From Camelus dromedarius (Eukaryota): a stretch of DNA of 64,000 nt. Positions 24,356 to 38,234 of this stretch are shown here, piece by piece. The first letter of the stretch is position 1. Each line of letters opens with the position of its first letter. The notes beneath the pieces are model-generated. The model saw only the letters and a program-made list of their open reading frames with translations, was not told the origin of the DNA and made no database searches. The DNA is taken from the NCBI RefSeq assembly GCF_036321535.1, contig NC_087436.1:115198001-115262000 (forward strand), in the 5' to 3' direction. A program made the translations under genes and the position numbers.

Positions 24356-27300
24356 CAAAACCTTAGGAAAAAACTAAAAAATATAGGTGTTTACCAGATA
24401 AAGGGTTTGGAATAATAGTCCTAAAGATGTTCACTGAACTGAGGGGGTGATTGGAAGAATGCAGTGAATGCTTCAACAAAAAGATAGTAAATATAAAAAA
24501 TAACCAATCAGAACTAAGAATACAACTGAAATGAAGGGTACACTAGAATGAATCAATGGCAGATTAGAAGATGCAGAATGAATCAGTGACCTCAAAGGCA
24601 GGGTAGCAGAAGTGCTGCAACTGATGCAGTAAGAATAAAAACAAATTTACAAAAATGAGGATAGTTTAAGAGACCTCTGGAACAACATCAAGTATACTAA
24701 CATTCATATTTTAGGGATGCCAGAAGGGGAAGCACATGAGAGAAAGGAACAGAACACCTATCTGAAAAAATAATGGCTGAAAGTTTTCTTAACCTGATGA
24801 AGGAAACATACAAGTCCAGGAAGCACAGTGTCCCAAATAAGATAAACTCAAACAGACCCACACCAATACACATTATAATCAAAATGTTAAAAGTTAAAGA
24901 TAAAGAAGGAATCTTAAAAGCAGCCAGAGAAAGGCAATTGTTTACAAATTCGGGAATCCCTATGACAATTAGCTGATTTTTTCAGCAGAAACTGTATAGG
25001 ACAGAAGGGACTGGCACAATATATTCAAAGTGCCAAAAGAAAAAAAAAACTTCTTATAACAAAAAATGCTCTACCTAACAAGGTTATTATTCAGAATTAA
25101 AGGAGAGATAAATAGTTTTCCAGGCAAGTATAAGCTAAAAGAGTTCACTGACACTAATCCAGCCTTACAAGAAATGTTAAAGGGACTTCTTTAAATGGAA
25201 AATAAAAAGCTACACTAGAAACAAGAAAATTATAAGAGCAAAAATCTACTGGTAAAGGAAAAACATACAATAAAGGTAGTGGAACATCTATAAAGCTTGT
25301 ATGAGGGTTAAAAGACAAAAGTAGTATAATAATATTTATGTAAAAAACTAGTTAAGTGACATACAAAATAAAAACATAAAATATGATGTCAAAACAGAAA
25401 ATGTGAGGAGGTATAAAAATGTAGTACTTTTATAGTATACTTAAAATCATCAACTTAAAATATGATGTCTTATATATATAGGTTGTTATATATGAACTTC
25501 ATAAAAACCACAAACTGAAAACCTAAAACAGATAGATACACAAAAAATAGAAAAGAATATGAACATAACACTAGAGTCATCAATTCACAAGGAAAGAGAA
25601 GAAAAAAGGAACACAGAAGAACTACACAAACAGAACAAAAGTAAAAAAAAGGCAGTAAGTACATTCCTGTTGATAATTACGTTAGTGTAAATGGACTAAA
25701 TCCTTGAATCAAAAGACATAGGATCACTGAACAGATTTTTAAAAAATCCGTATATATATTTATTGCCTATAAGAGACTCACTTCAAATCTAAAGACACAC
25801 AGACTGAAAGTGAATGAATGACAAAGATATTCCAAGCACATGGAAACAAGAAGAAAATTGAGGTAACAATACTTATATCAGGCAAAATGAACTTTAAAAC
25901 AAAGCCTATAACAAGAAACAAAGACAGGCATTACATAATAATACAGGTATCAATCCAACAAGAGAATATAATTGTAAATATATATGCACCCAGCATAGAA
26001 GAACCTAAATATACAAAACAAATATTAACAGACATAAAGGGAGAGAAAGACAGTAATACAATATTAAGAACTTTAACACCCACTTACATAAATTTATAGA
26101 TAACCCAGATCAATAGAAGATCAATAAGGAAAACAATTTCATTGGCCTTAATTGACACAGACAAGATGGACTTAAAAATTATATATGAAATTTACAAACC
26201 CAAAACAGCAGAATGCACATTATTGTCAAGTGCACATGGAACATTCTCCAGGATAGATTGTGGGCTAGGCCAGAATAGGCATCCAAGATAGATTACAAAA
26301 CAAGCGTCAGTAAAATTAACAAGATAGAAAGCACATCAAGCATCTTTTCCAAACACAATGGTATGAAACTAGAAATCAATTACAACAAGAAAATTCAAAA
26401 CATACACGCAAACTCATGGAGGTTAACCAACATGCTAATAAGTAACCCGTGGGCCAATGAAGAAATCAAAGAAGAAATTAAAAAAAAAACCACCTTGAGA
26501 CAAATTAACATACAATGTTCCAAGTATCTATAGGACACAACAAAAGCAGTTCTAAGAGGGAGTTTATAGCAATACAGGCCTACCTCAGGAAACAAGAAAC
26601 ATTCTCAAATAAACAATCTAATCTTATACATAAAAGAACTAAAAAAACCCAAAAAAACAAAAAACAAACAAAGCCCAAAGTTAATAGAAAAAAAGAAAGA
26701 TAAGAGGGGAAATAAAATTGAGACTAGAAAAACAATAGGAAATATCAATAAAATTAAGAGTTGGTTCTTTGAAAAGATAAACACAATTGATAAGCCTTTA
26801 GCCACTCATCAAGGAAAAAAAAGAGGGCACAAATAAATAAAATCAGAAATGAAAGAAGACAAGTTACAAATGACACTACAGAAAATATAAAGTGTCATAA
26901 GAGAATGAACAATTGTAAACCAACAAATTGGACAACCTAGAGGAAATGGATAAATTCTTAGAAGCATACACTCTTCCAAGACTTGGGAAGAAATAGATAA
27001 TATAAATGGATGAATTACCAGTAATAAAACTGAACCAGTAATTAAAAAAAAAAACCTTCTAAAAACAGAGGTCCAGTAACAGATGACTTCACAGGTAACT
27101 TATACCAAACTTTTAAAGAAGAGTTAATATCTACTCTTCTCAAACTATTTCAAAAAAATTGAAGAGGAAGGAACATTTTCAAACTCATTCTATTAGGCCA
27201 GCATTACTCTGATACCCAAAACCAATAAATACACTACAAAGAGAAAAAGAAAAGAAAAGAAATACAGGCCAATATCCCTGATGAACATAGGTGTAAAAAT

Positions 27301-29074
27301 CCTCAACAGATTATTAGCAAACTGCACTCGACAGAAATTAAAGATGACATAAATAAATGAAAAGATAATGTGCTTATGGATTGGAAGAATTAACAGTTAA
27401 ATATCCATACTACCCAAAGCAATCTTCAGATTTAATGTAATCTCAATCAAAATACAAATGGCATTTTTTACAGAATTGGAAAAGTAATTCTAAAATTTGT
27501 ATGAAACCACAAAAGACCTAGACTATCCAAAGCAATCTCAATAAATGAGAACAAAGCTGGAGGTATCATGTGCCCTGATTTCAAACTATACTACAATGCT
27601 GCAGTTATCAAAACTGCATGGTTCTGGCACAAAAACAGACACATAGAGCAATGGAATAGAATGTAAAGCCTAGAAATAAACCTGTACTTAGATAGTCAAT
27701 TTTTTTATGATAAAGGAGTCAAGAAATTGTAGTAAGGAAAAATCAGTCTCTTTAGTAAGTGGTATTGGAAAAACTGGACAGCTGCATGTAAAAGAATAAA
27801 CTAGACCACTTTCTTACACCACATGTAAACATAAACTCAAAATGAATCAGGGACTTAAATCATAGACCCCAAACTATAAAACTGCTAGAAGAAAACATCA
27901 GCAGTGTGCTCTTTGATACGGTTCTTGGCAATATATTTTTTTTGTATCTGTGTCCTCAGGCAACGGCAACAAAAACAAAAATAAAGAAATGAGATTCCAT
28001 CAAACTGAAAAAAAAAATTTTGTGCAAAAGAAACTATCAACAAAATGGAAAGGTAACCTACTGAGTGGAAGAATATATTTGCAAATGATATATCTGATAA
28101 AGGGTTAATGTAAAGAACTGAAACAACTCAACATAAAAAACAATCTAATTAAAAAATGAGCAGAGGTCTGGAATAGACATTTTCCCAAAGAAGACATACA
28201 GATGCCCAACATACATGCGATAAGATGCACAACAACACTCCTCATTAGGGAACTGCAAACCAAAACCACAGTATACAATCACCTCACACCTGTGGGGGTG
28301 GCTATGACCAAAAAGAAAACAAATTCAGTGTCGGTTAGGATGTATAGAAAAAGGAACCCCTGCACACAGTTAGTTAGAATGTAAATTGGTGCAACCAGTA
28401 TGAAAACTCTATGGATGTTCCTCAAAAGATTAAAAAAATAGAACTACCATATAATTTTACTTCTGGGTATTTTTAAAAACCCCCCACAAAAACACATATT
28501 TGAAAATATATACCACCCCCCCATGTTCATTGCAACATTATTTACAATAGCCAAGATATGGAAGGAACCTAAATATGTGTTGACAGTTGAAGAGATATAA
28601 AAGATGTATATATAATGAAATATTATTCAACCATAAAAATAATGAAATCTTACTATTTGTGATTATGTGGATGGACTTGGAGGGTATTATGCCAAATGAA
28701 ATACATAAGAGAAAGACAAATAACATATGATTTAGCTTACAACAAATGAACAGACAAAACAAAACAGAAAGAGACTCATAGATACAAAGAACAAACTGGT
28801 GATTGACAGAGGGAAAGAGGGTTGGGGTTGGGAAAATAGATGAAGGGGATTAAGAGGTACAAACTTTCAGTTATACAACAAATAAATCACTAGGGCATTT
28901 GTAATGTACAACATGGAGAATATAGTCAAGATTACTGCAGTAACTTTGTATGGTTACAGACGGTTACTAGACTTACCACAGTGGTTAACTGATAATGCAT
29001 ATAAAAGTTGAATTACTATATTTTACACCTGAGATTAACATAGCATGGTATGTCAACTACACTTCAATTAAAAA
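23355..29074 (+). mobile_element. Near-full-length degenerate L1 (5'UTR, ORF1, ORF2 with internal RT deletion, 3'UTR)
   Basis: L1 5'UTR start GAGTAGGAAGAC...AACTCACC. ORF1 remnant PNKINSNRPTPIHIIIKMLKVKDKEGILKAARE (24773-24976). Endonuclease remnant KIFQAHGNKKK..ILIS..VNIYAP (25818-26099). 3' end GTATGTCAACTACACTTCAATTAAAAA. Many stops and frameshifts. Confidence 0.95.
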
Positions 29075-29560
29075 GGTGAATTCAGGCAGACTTGTATCAT
29101 ATTGTTTATTTTGGGAAGTTATCTCAAGGATCAGGATGGGAGCGTAGGGAAAATAAAACAGAGAAGAAAGAATAGCCTACATTGTGTAATTGGAATGGTC
29201 ACTTTTGTGGATCACTTGGGATAAATTCTGCTAGGAAACCATTACACCATGTGGCATGCTCCTCAAACTTGTCCACTTGAGGGACACAAAAGAGTTGTAT
29301 TTATCCATTTGCTCCAATCGCCCATTGTTCAAGAGTTGCCCCGTAGAGTAGTAACTCCATCATAATCCCAAGTTTGTCCATGTGTTCAGAATGGCAGTGC
29401 TGACTGTCACAAGTAACTTATGAGGTAGCAGGAGATGTTTGCTGCAACAGAGGGGAAGTGGCATAGGGTTATACCTATTTGCAATTAATTATCATAGCAA
29501 TGGCTGTAATAAAAATGTGGGTGGAGAAAACACGAGTTAGAACACAAGAACTACCTAATG
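29075..29560 (-). mobile_element. ERVL LTR16-like LTR (remainder at 23315-23354, split by the L1)
   Basis: TGTTAGTTAATATTCCTCAAAAAGCAGA (23315) joins ...TGTTTATTTTGGGAAGTTATCTCAAGGA (about 29103), following the reverse complement of the LTR16 3' end. Confidence 0.6.
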
Positions 29561-30690
29561 TACCTAGAGTCCCCATGCAGACATCTCATGGCTGCTTTGA
29601 CTTTTGGAAAAACTTGGCTGCTATTTTTGTTTGAACTCCTGCAGCTGTCTGGTGTGTTAATAATTGAGAAAATCTGGAAGATGGAAGACTTAATTTCAGT
29701 GCAAGCATTTTACACATGCAGTCACATCTTCACATGAAAGAGATGTAGCATTTTCCCCTTGGGATAGATATGGATGTGTTTGGCCCAGCCCATTAAAACG
29801 TGTATATAGAACTGACAGGAAAAAAAAAAATGGAGGTATGTCTACAGTCTACCAAATGATGAGATCTTCGACCACCAGGTAAGAGCCACTTTTTATTAAC
29901 AGCCCAGAATACTCTTACTAGTACTACTGGGCCTTAGTTTATGGGGCAACTAGAGAGAAGATGAGGTTTTCATTGGATGAACAGTAACTCCTGAAAATGC
30001 GTTATTCAGATAAAGTCACCCATTACAAAAGAAAGACAAAATCTCAAAATGACTTCAAATGGGCAGACTTTTAACCAAGACTCAAAGAAATTGGGTTACT
30101 GCTTTGCTCCCACAATGGCTTTGCAATATTTCCCCAGTTTGAGCCCCTTCTGGTTCATCATGGTAATCAATGGTAATCACTCCTATTGTGTGCAGTAACG
30201 TTATCAAAAGAGAAAGGCTTAATCAGTTTGCCACCATTATCTTCACCTTTTGTCCTGGAAAATTTTCATATCATTTATAATCTGCAGGATCTAGAGGTTT
30301 GGTTGGGTCCTGCTTACATGTCCAGATGAAAACCAACATTGTGAAAACCTCCATATGGACTCTGTATACTATGAGGAGGGTGACTTTAAGCGGTTTCAGT
30401 AAATGATGCTGGAGGCATCATTGAGTGATTCCACTTAATAGATAAGGAGATTCAGAAGCTGAACTGAACGTAATCAATCATGGAGAATCTAAGATTCAGC
30501 TTTTTTCATTAAATCTCTGGCGTCTCCTAATATATGTCAGTATTTAAAGTTCTCTGACACTCTCTGTTTAAACCTGTGGAAGGACATTGTCTCAAATGAT
30601 TTTATATTGAAATACTCGAGAGCGAGAAAGAGGTAAAGCGAATGTAAAATTTACAAGTTACAAGATGTTATAAATTAAAAGAAGAAGGCT

Positions 30691-31564
30691 CATCTTAAGT
30701 TGGGTTTCCCCAGTAGAAGACTATGAGGTGATGTTTCGAGTGCAAGTAGTGTATTGGGTGATCCCAGGAGGCACTGGTAAGGAGCAGACAAATAAGACAG
30801 AAAACAGAATACAGCTGTGTTATTCCAGGTCCTCTGAGAAGCAGACACCAAGACAGGATTAGATATATAATTATTTTATTGGGGGAAAATATCTGTATAA
30901 GACAAAATGGTGAGGAGCTAGGAGACGCTGGGAGAGCAGATTTCCATGGAGAGCTGATCCTTTGTGAAGGAAAGAGAGAAGGAAGAGAGGTTGAATGAAG
31001 GCTTAGACTGGTAAGGGAGTTTCCTAAGGTCTGCAGGAAGTCCTTGAACCCCAGTGAACTACGTCTGCCTTAGTACCCCTGTATCTCTCAGCCTTTGGCT
31101 GAGAGCAGTCCATGGGAAGCATTGTCTTGGTGCAAACATGGTGCTGGATTTAAGAACAAAGCAGCTGGGGCTCTCAGTCAATCACTTCCCTGCAGCCAGA
31201 GATCTGGCAGGTGTTCTCTCAAAGCCACCGCAGAAGCCGTTTCAAGGTGCATTAGTGAATGTGTTACTGACATGGGCATTGGGGCTCAGTCTCGCTCAGG
31301 ACCTCTGGAGAGTGTGGAGAACAGACCTCAGAGTCATCCTGCGAACCTGAGGGGTGAGGAAGCGGAGATGCTCATCACCAGATGCCATGTGGCCTTAAGC
31401 AGGGACTGCTCCCAGGAACATGGACTGCTTGCCACCTCTGGGCTGCCCCTTGCTCAACTGGAGAGAGCCCCCAGGAGACAAGCACAGCACTTGGGCAGGA
31501 GGTCACTGGCACACACGAAATGGAAAGTACCAAGAGGATGGCGCGCCGACAGAATCCGCGACGA
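30691..31564 (-). mobile_element. ERVL LTR16-like LTR, interrupted by another LTR
   Basis: GGGTTTCCCCAG...CGAGTGCAAGTAGTGTATTGGGTGATCCCAGGAGGCAC at the left end. The right end reads CGCGGATTCTGTCGGCGC on minus, like the LTR16 start. Confidence 0.7.
30816..31232 (-). mobile_element. ERVL LTR33-like LTR nested in the LTR16-like element
   Basis: TG...CA termini. TGTGTTATTCCAGGTCCTCTGAGAAGCAGACACCAAGACAGGATTAGAT is the reverse complement of an LTR33-type 3' end. Confidence 0.7.
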
Positions 31565-32409
31565 TGAGCTCAGGAAAAAGAGAAGCACTTTTTTCTGAAT
31601 GCTAATTATTTGCTCTTCAGGCTTTCTAAGGTTTTCACTATTTGAGGACAGTCAAATAGCATTTTCTTTCTGTTTATGATTTCCCTCTGAGACTATCATT
31701 GCTTTAGGCAAATATATTCATGTGAAGAATCATTTTTCTCCACGTCTGAGCTTGTAATAAATGTCAACCCTTTTTTGGCAACTGCAGCTAATGCAGCAGA
31801 CCTACCATTACTGGAATTGAAATTACATATGTTAGGACCCTAGATCGATTTATTTCAAGGGACATTCAAGATCACTCTGGACAGGCTGTGAAATTTCTCC
31901 ACCTCTGCAGCTCTGAGCCTCTTTCTGGACAATGAAGATGGGATTTTTGGCTTGCTTTTCTTTTTCTGCTCAGTTTCTTCTCTTTCTTAAATAACAAAAA
32001 CAATTATTAGCTGTGTGAATTCCCATCCAATCTGGTGTCTTCTCTACAGTACTTAGTTAAACACAGGAAACAAAGTTTAAGAATTTAAAGTCTGTTTAGC
32101 AGAGACTCTAAGGTGTTTAATAAATAGCTCTTAATTTTCCCTAAGAATCATAAGCCAGAAAAATGAATGCCACAGAAGGAAGGGACTTGCCCAGAGCCAT
32201 ACGTCTAGTTAGCGGCAGAGCTAAGACCAGAATAAAGGTTGTCTGACATCCAGTGTAAGAATTTTCCATAGAATTTGATTATTATAAATAATAAGAAGAA
32301 ATGAGACTCATGTTCCAAGTTCTGGTATAAAGTCTTTCTGTGCATTGTCCCAAAAAAGGAAATCTTTAATAAGATAACAGGTAATTTAGGAGAGAGTGCA
32401 TCAACCTGG

Positions 32410-32765
32410 TGAAAAGCGAGTAGCCTCTAGGATCAGAATACTGGTGTTCAAATTCTTGCTCAAACATGTATTTCCTGCATGACCCTGAGTGATTTCTCTG
32501 TGACTTTTTTTCTCCATGGTAAATACCTATCTCACTATTATTCAGAGGATTGTATGAGATTATACCAGCAACGTCCCTAGATGGATCATGGCAAGTACTC
32601 GAAAAATGTGAGCTATTACAAAGCTATCTTCACAATAGCTCTCGAAGGCAGGTTTTATCATCCTTGTTGTACAGATGAGGAAACAGAAATTCACCAAGAC
32701 TTCTCAGTAGCAAGCGGAAGAGCTACACCTCAAACTCACAACTGTCTGACCTACCTGGAGCTTTA
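32410..32765. mobile_element. Adjacent MIR fragments in opposite orientations
   Basis: Plus-strand MIR about 32410-32620, then the minus-strand core TTGTACAGATGAGGAAACAGAAATTCA. Confidence 0.6.
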
Positions 32766-35204
32766 ACCTTCCGGGTTTTTGCCACCTTGCTTCTCTTTTT
32801 AATGCTGATACTCATGCAATGATAATACACCCATCATTTAACTTAAAAGCCATATGGCAAATCACCTCCCCCTTCTTGGATTCAATCCATTTTCCTGGGT
32901 CTTATAATTCTTCTTGAAGTACCCAGTACTGTTATCATCACATACTCTTCTTCACTGGGTACGTCATGACCATGGATCAAAGCCAATATTAATCATTTTC
33001 AAAAAAACAAAAAACCCTCGTCTTCAATCACTCAAATTTAAACCTAATAACATGAGTCCTTATCAGTGTTGGAGAAAGTTTTCTTGCCTTTTATATATTT
33101 TGTGAAATGGCTGCCACTGGTTATTCCTTTGCATGTCACTTTATGTAGTGTAGTTCACATCTCTGTAGGTCTCTCACTGCTCCTGGATTTTGCCCTCCCT
33201 TTTAAAATAGCTCACAATTAAGGAGGAAAATGCTGGGAGCATAAACAAATATCTGTCATGAGGCACATATCAGTTGAGTAAGACAAGATACAGACTATAA
33301 AATGGCTCATCATGTAATGTAACTGGTAGTGTGAGTTTTAAAGATTAGAGCTACAAATTGTAGAGGATCTGTCCTGTGCCTGAACCAAAGTATGTAGCTG
33401 CTCTAAGAACTTGAACAGAGGGAAATTAAACTGTAAGGTAACATATAAAAGACAGAACAGAGACATGCAGGATGATCTGAAGCAGAACATGGTCCCTGGG
33501 ATACTAGACTCCAGAGAAATATTTTCAAATATATTAATATACTTATGATGTGTCAGTAAAAATGGGGTTGGGTATGCCTGGTAATATAGAAAGAGAAGAA
33601 TCAGAGGAGTTTATGTTAGCACTGTTCAGTCAATCAGTTGCCACTGACAATGACCACCATTAACATGTTAGCCCAGTCGCCCTTGACCGTGGGATTTTTC
33701 TTTTTTTTCCCCAGTTCTTGTTTTCATGCTTGCTGAAGGGCATTAAAGAGATACTGCACTGATGAAAAATTTCACGTCCTCAGGCAAGGGCAACAGAACT
33801 GATGGCAGATGTTGATTGTTTACATTCTCTCTGACAATGGTTTCTTATGGGTACTTGATAACAGTTTCTGGTTGTGATTTGGTGTCCATGTTCATTGGCC
33901 ACAGAGGAAAAAAAGACTAAACAAGAGATCTAAACATTTCTAGCCCACAAGATGACCTCATTCTTATTGCAAATTGATGAAACAACACTCTGAGAACGCA
34001 TTGGTTTTGTATTTGATTTCTTAGTGAGTCACTGTCTCAGTGTCTCTCATTACTGGATGCTAGTAGAGCAGTGTCTGGACACTTAGAATCAGACTCAGAT
34101 TCTTCTTCTAAGAATCTTTCTCAGAAAACACATCACCATGACCACATGCATGTCTGATTTCTATTGATAACTACACTTTTAAAGGCAAAATACTATTTTC
34201 CATGTTTCTTCGAGGGAATCAGCAGACGTTATTAGGTAAATACGTTAATGTTCACATTGGCGTTGATGTTGGAGGGTTGAGAACATGGAGTGGAAGAAAT
34301 GAACTCTGCATGCAAAATGAACAGGAATTTAGACCTGAGGTAAAGAGAGGCATCACAGAATAGAGGGATCAATGATTGAACGGTACTCATTAACATGAGA
34401 GAAAATTGAATCCTTATTTGGCATAAATGGCCAATGCAATTTTTGTATTCCAGTGATACACTGGAAATTTTGTCAGTCTTCTGTGCAAATAGAAGGCTCA
34501 TCTGAGTTGAATTAATTCAGAAGAAGCAGAAGCTGCTAATCAGGGGTACCTGGAGAAAATATGAGTCATTCTCTCCAGGAATCCCTGGAATGCTTGAAAA
34601 GGGTGGATTCTCCATTCCTTTAATCTGAAAGCACAGGGTATATCAGTTGACATTTTCATCTCATAGGGAAATAATTACTCTTTCTGTTATTATCACAGGA
34701 ATTAATAGAAAAGAGGGCTCATCTTGTACTGAGGCAATCACAGAACATTTCATAGATGACGCCACAGCCAAATGGGACTTCGAAGCATAAAGCTGTTTTC
34801 TGAAAACCAAAATAGATGTTAAATAGGGGATGTTAAATGGTGGTTATAAAGGGGACATGGCAAAGTGAACTATGCAGAAAGGTTTGGAGCATTTGTGGAA
34901 ATAAAATGTTGTTGGGCGGTCATTGAGCAGAGCATGTGGTTGAGTACAGGGCTGTGGAGGTATGTAATGTCTGTTTCCCTCTGTACTTTGGAGAAGGGAC
35001 TGCTAACCTTAGAACTACATAATGACTGGAGGTTCTGAGGCCATATCATCTTATGAAAAGCCATTCATAAGGCCATTAATAGAAACGATGAACTACAGAG
35101 AAGTTATAAAAGCAGAAGCTAGGAAATCCATCTGAAGTCCAAAACAAAGGGAAAGCAAACATGAGTTCCTCTGGGACTTACTCTAATGCCAATGGAAGAT
35201 GGCC

Positions 35205-35701
35205 CAGTGCTATTTGGGCCCCCAAGCATGACCCTCAGCCCACTTCTGATTTCAGTGACATTCTGGTGGGCAGTGTCACGTACTCTGACACCATCCTACT
35301 CCAAACATACCTAGTGAAACTCTGCTTTTTGGCTGCAGTGATTTCTCTGAAGCCACTGAAGCCTACTTAGCTACGTACCAGGTGCGGCACAGAGGAGTGG
35401 ATAAACAAAGGCCTCCAGTGAATTCCTTGCTGTTGGAAAATGAAAGTTAGAGGGTTAAATGCCTCTGCTCCCAGCCTTCGGAAGGATAATGCTGGAGCTC
35501 ATTCTGGCGGGTTCCATAGACAGTCCCTTAGAGCACTGAGCCCTGTGTCCACCATAATAATTTGCTTCACAATTCACCTTCCTCTCCTTGTCTCACTCTC
35601 CCCACTCCCTCACAGCTGTATTCAGGGGTGCCTCCCAAATAAACCCGCTCCTAAGTCCTTGTCTAAGGCTGTGTGATATGGAGCATATCAATTATGAGAC
35701 A
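35205..35701 (+). mobile_element. ERVL LTR16-like solo LTR
   Basis: 3' part CTTGTCTCACTCTCCCACTCCCTCAC...CCTCCCAAATAAAC...AAGTCCTTGTCT ending ATGAGACA. Confidence 0.7.
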
Positions 35702-38234
35702 ATTTGAGAGAACTTGGTGCCCTTGAGATGCAGGCAGGGAAAAGCCAGAAAATTCTGCACCTTTACCGGGCCATGGTGCTTAAGGAAAGGGCTCATTCTT
35801 GTAGGAACTGGAAGGGATGGGTCTGTACAAGTATGTGGGAACCAAGATGCAAATGATTTAGATTCTTAGACTCAGACTTTGGCAATTTGAACCATGGAGA
35901 ACCACTAAAATCTGGGGGGCTCAGATGTAACATGGTACAACTGTTTTTAGGGGGAAGATTAGTATGTCTAGAATTGATAAATGGATTTATAAAGACTCAG
36001 GCTAGAGATTGCATTGATCAAAAACTAAGAATACTTTCCATTTTCTTTACTGTTTAAAATTCACATGTCTGTTAGGTATTTACATCTGTATTCTTAGGCA
36101 AAATGATTAGTTTTCCATCAACGAGGAGCAATCCCTTTCCCAGCTGTATATATTATATGTGAGTTATCCTTGTAATTCTCTTGCTGACACCACAGATTTT
36201 CAATAAGCCTTTGAATACTGGACTTCAAGTTCTAACGGCTGATTTGGGGAGAAGGCATTTGAAAACTGATTCAGATCCACCTGGCTCCGCAGAAATCGGT
36301 AGTCCTAGTTATTTGATGAGAGGTGAAGACTAGCTTCTTCTTTGGAGGATTTGCCTCCAGAGGGTGAAACACGTGGAAATGGGAAATGTTTTATTTGGGA
36401 GTGGCTGAATACAAGATCAATATTTATCATGGAGGTTGCTGACATCCCATTAAGAAAAGTTCAGCTGCAATTTGGAGAGATGCATTTGGTGGGTTTGCGA
36501 GGGAAATCAGTTTTCCATTGAATACAGAAGTCGGTTTGTAATGAAATTCAAAATTGAGTGAAATTGGTCCAATCTAAAAACCCAGAAAGGAAATTTAAGT
36601 CTTTTTAGAAGACCTCAGTCAAGTTTCAAATCAATAGGAGCTGATTTATTATCTGAGACACAAAACGAAAACCAAATTTTCGCTGGGCTCCAAAGCGTCT
36701 ATGCCACTAAAAATTTTGAGCCTTAGCAGAACCTGCAAACAGAGACAAAGAAATACATATAAAGGCAGGAACAAACATCACTAAAAATTATTTTGGAGAG
36801 TTTTTAATGTCTTCCAATTTCCTTGGCCTGGCATTCAAAGCCTCTGTGTGTTATGTTCAGCACACGTTTATAACCTTGTGAAGCAGGATTTCAAATGGAA
36901 CCTTTTTTCCTGCTTCTATTTATCTCTGAGACTCCTCAAAGCCAAAAACAAAACAAAGACTGATGGCAAGTATTCATACATTTTCAAACTGGTTTCCTGT
37001 CCCATAACCAATAGGATCTGTTTTTGAGGGGCCAAGAGAGAGCATTTCCTTATGATGCTGAGTTCCAGGGAGTTTTTAAATCTTCTGCCCATGGAGATGG
37101 TTAGAATTATGCTTTGCTCTCACTTCAAGTCAAATAACAGGGATTTAAGGGGACCTCTTGCAAAACTAAAACCCGAGGGTCACAGTGGGCTGATGTGTGT
37201 CATACCCTTAAGTCAGTAAGTAACAGGTGGTGGCTGTGGTCTGAAGAAACTCAGCAGAGCATGAGAGAGATCAGATTACAGAAAGAGCTAACTACACTTC
37301 CACTTATGGCATGGGGACTAGAAGCACAAATTTCCCAAGAGGGTCTCTAGGAGAGATGGCAAGCAGGGCCAATCCTGCTCCTACTTTTGAGTTCCTTGTT
37401 CTATGAATTCACCTTGTTAGGGACACTGCAACATATTCAGGTCTTTGATTTAAAATGATGAAATGTGGAAAGTGAACCCTGTAATTATGGGTCCACACAA
37501 AGGCACCCTTGAGGTCTTGCAAAAAAGGAAGGCAAACGTATAACCATACCAGAATATGCGTGTATTTTTATGTCTATTCTTGTCAACATGAATTGCTGGC
37601 ACTTTGGGGATGGCAGAAATCCAATACAGTCAGCTTTCTATCAAGGGACCATTTGATCTCCTCAAGTGATAGGATCCTCTGGGGACACAGAGTTGGGTTC
37701 TGTTGCTGACAGCTAGTACTCTGGCAGTGGTGATAGCCAGATCAGCTTTGGCTAAGGGGCAGTTCATGCATAGCCTTAATCTTTCTCACTACACCCTGTT
37801 CATTTACATTCTAATTCTTCCAGAACTGGGTGGCGAAGGATAAAAGCTGGATTATACCAACCGACCAACGCATTTCCCCCTCATTGATTGGTTTGTGCCT
37901 CTTTCGTGATAAACGCATCTTGGCAGGAATTAGCATATGAAGACCTTCCTACTTGGTACCCTTCCCTGATCTCCTCGCTTATCCACCTACCCACCTCCCC
38001 CTATGCCATATCTCCATGCTACCGATCTTTCAGTTTTCCTCTTTCCGCATTCTTTCCAGCCAGCCAGACCACTTAGCACTGCCCCACGTTCCATATGTGA
38101 GCTGACCTCAGGGAACTTCTGTCTATCCACACTCCCATTGGAGGTCATTCCTCTGGTGATTGTCTATCGAGGTCATCCTTGAGTGGGCTGTAGTTCGGGT
38201 GACAGCTCCTATAGGCTTGCACTCAGATGCTGAG

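Noticed and set aside
24773..28400. L1 ORF1/ORF2 as functional CDS
   Set aside because: Numerous stops and frameshifts, and the RT core is deleted.
31095..31598. Longest ORF in the track (167 aa)
   Set aside because: Lies entirely within nested ERVL LTRs, has a non-ATG start, and contains no protein motif.
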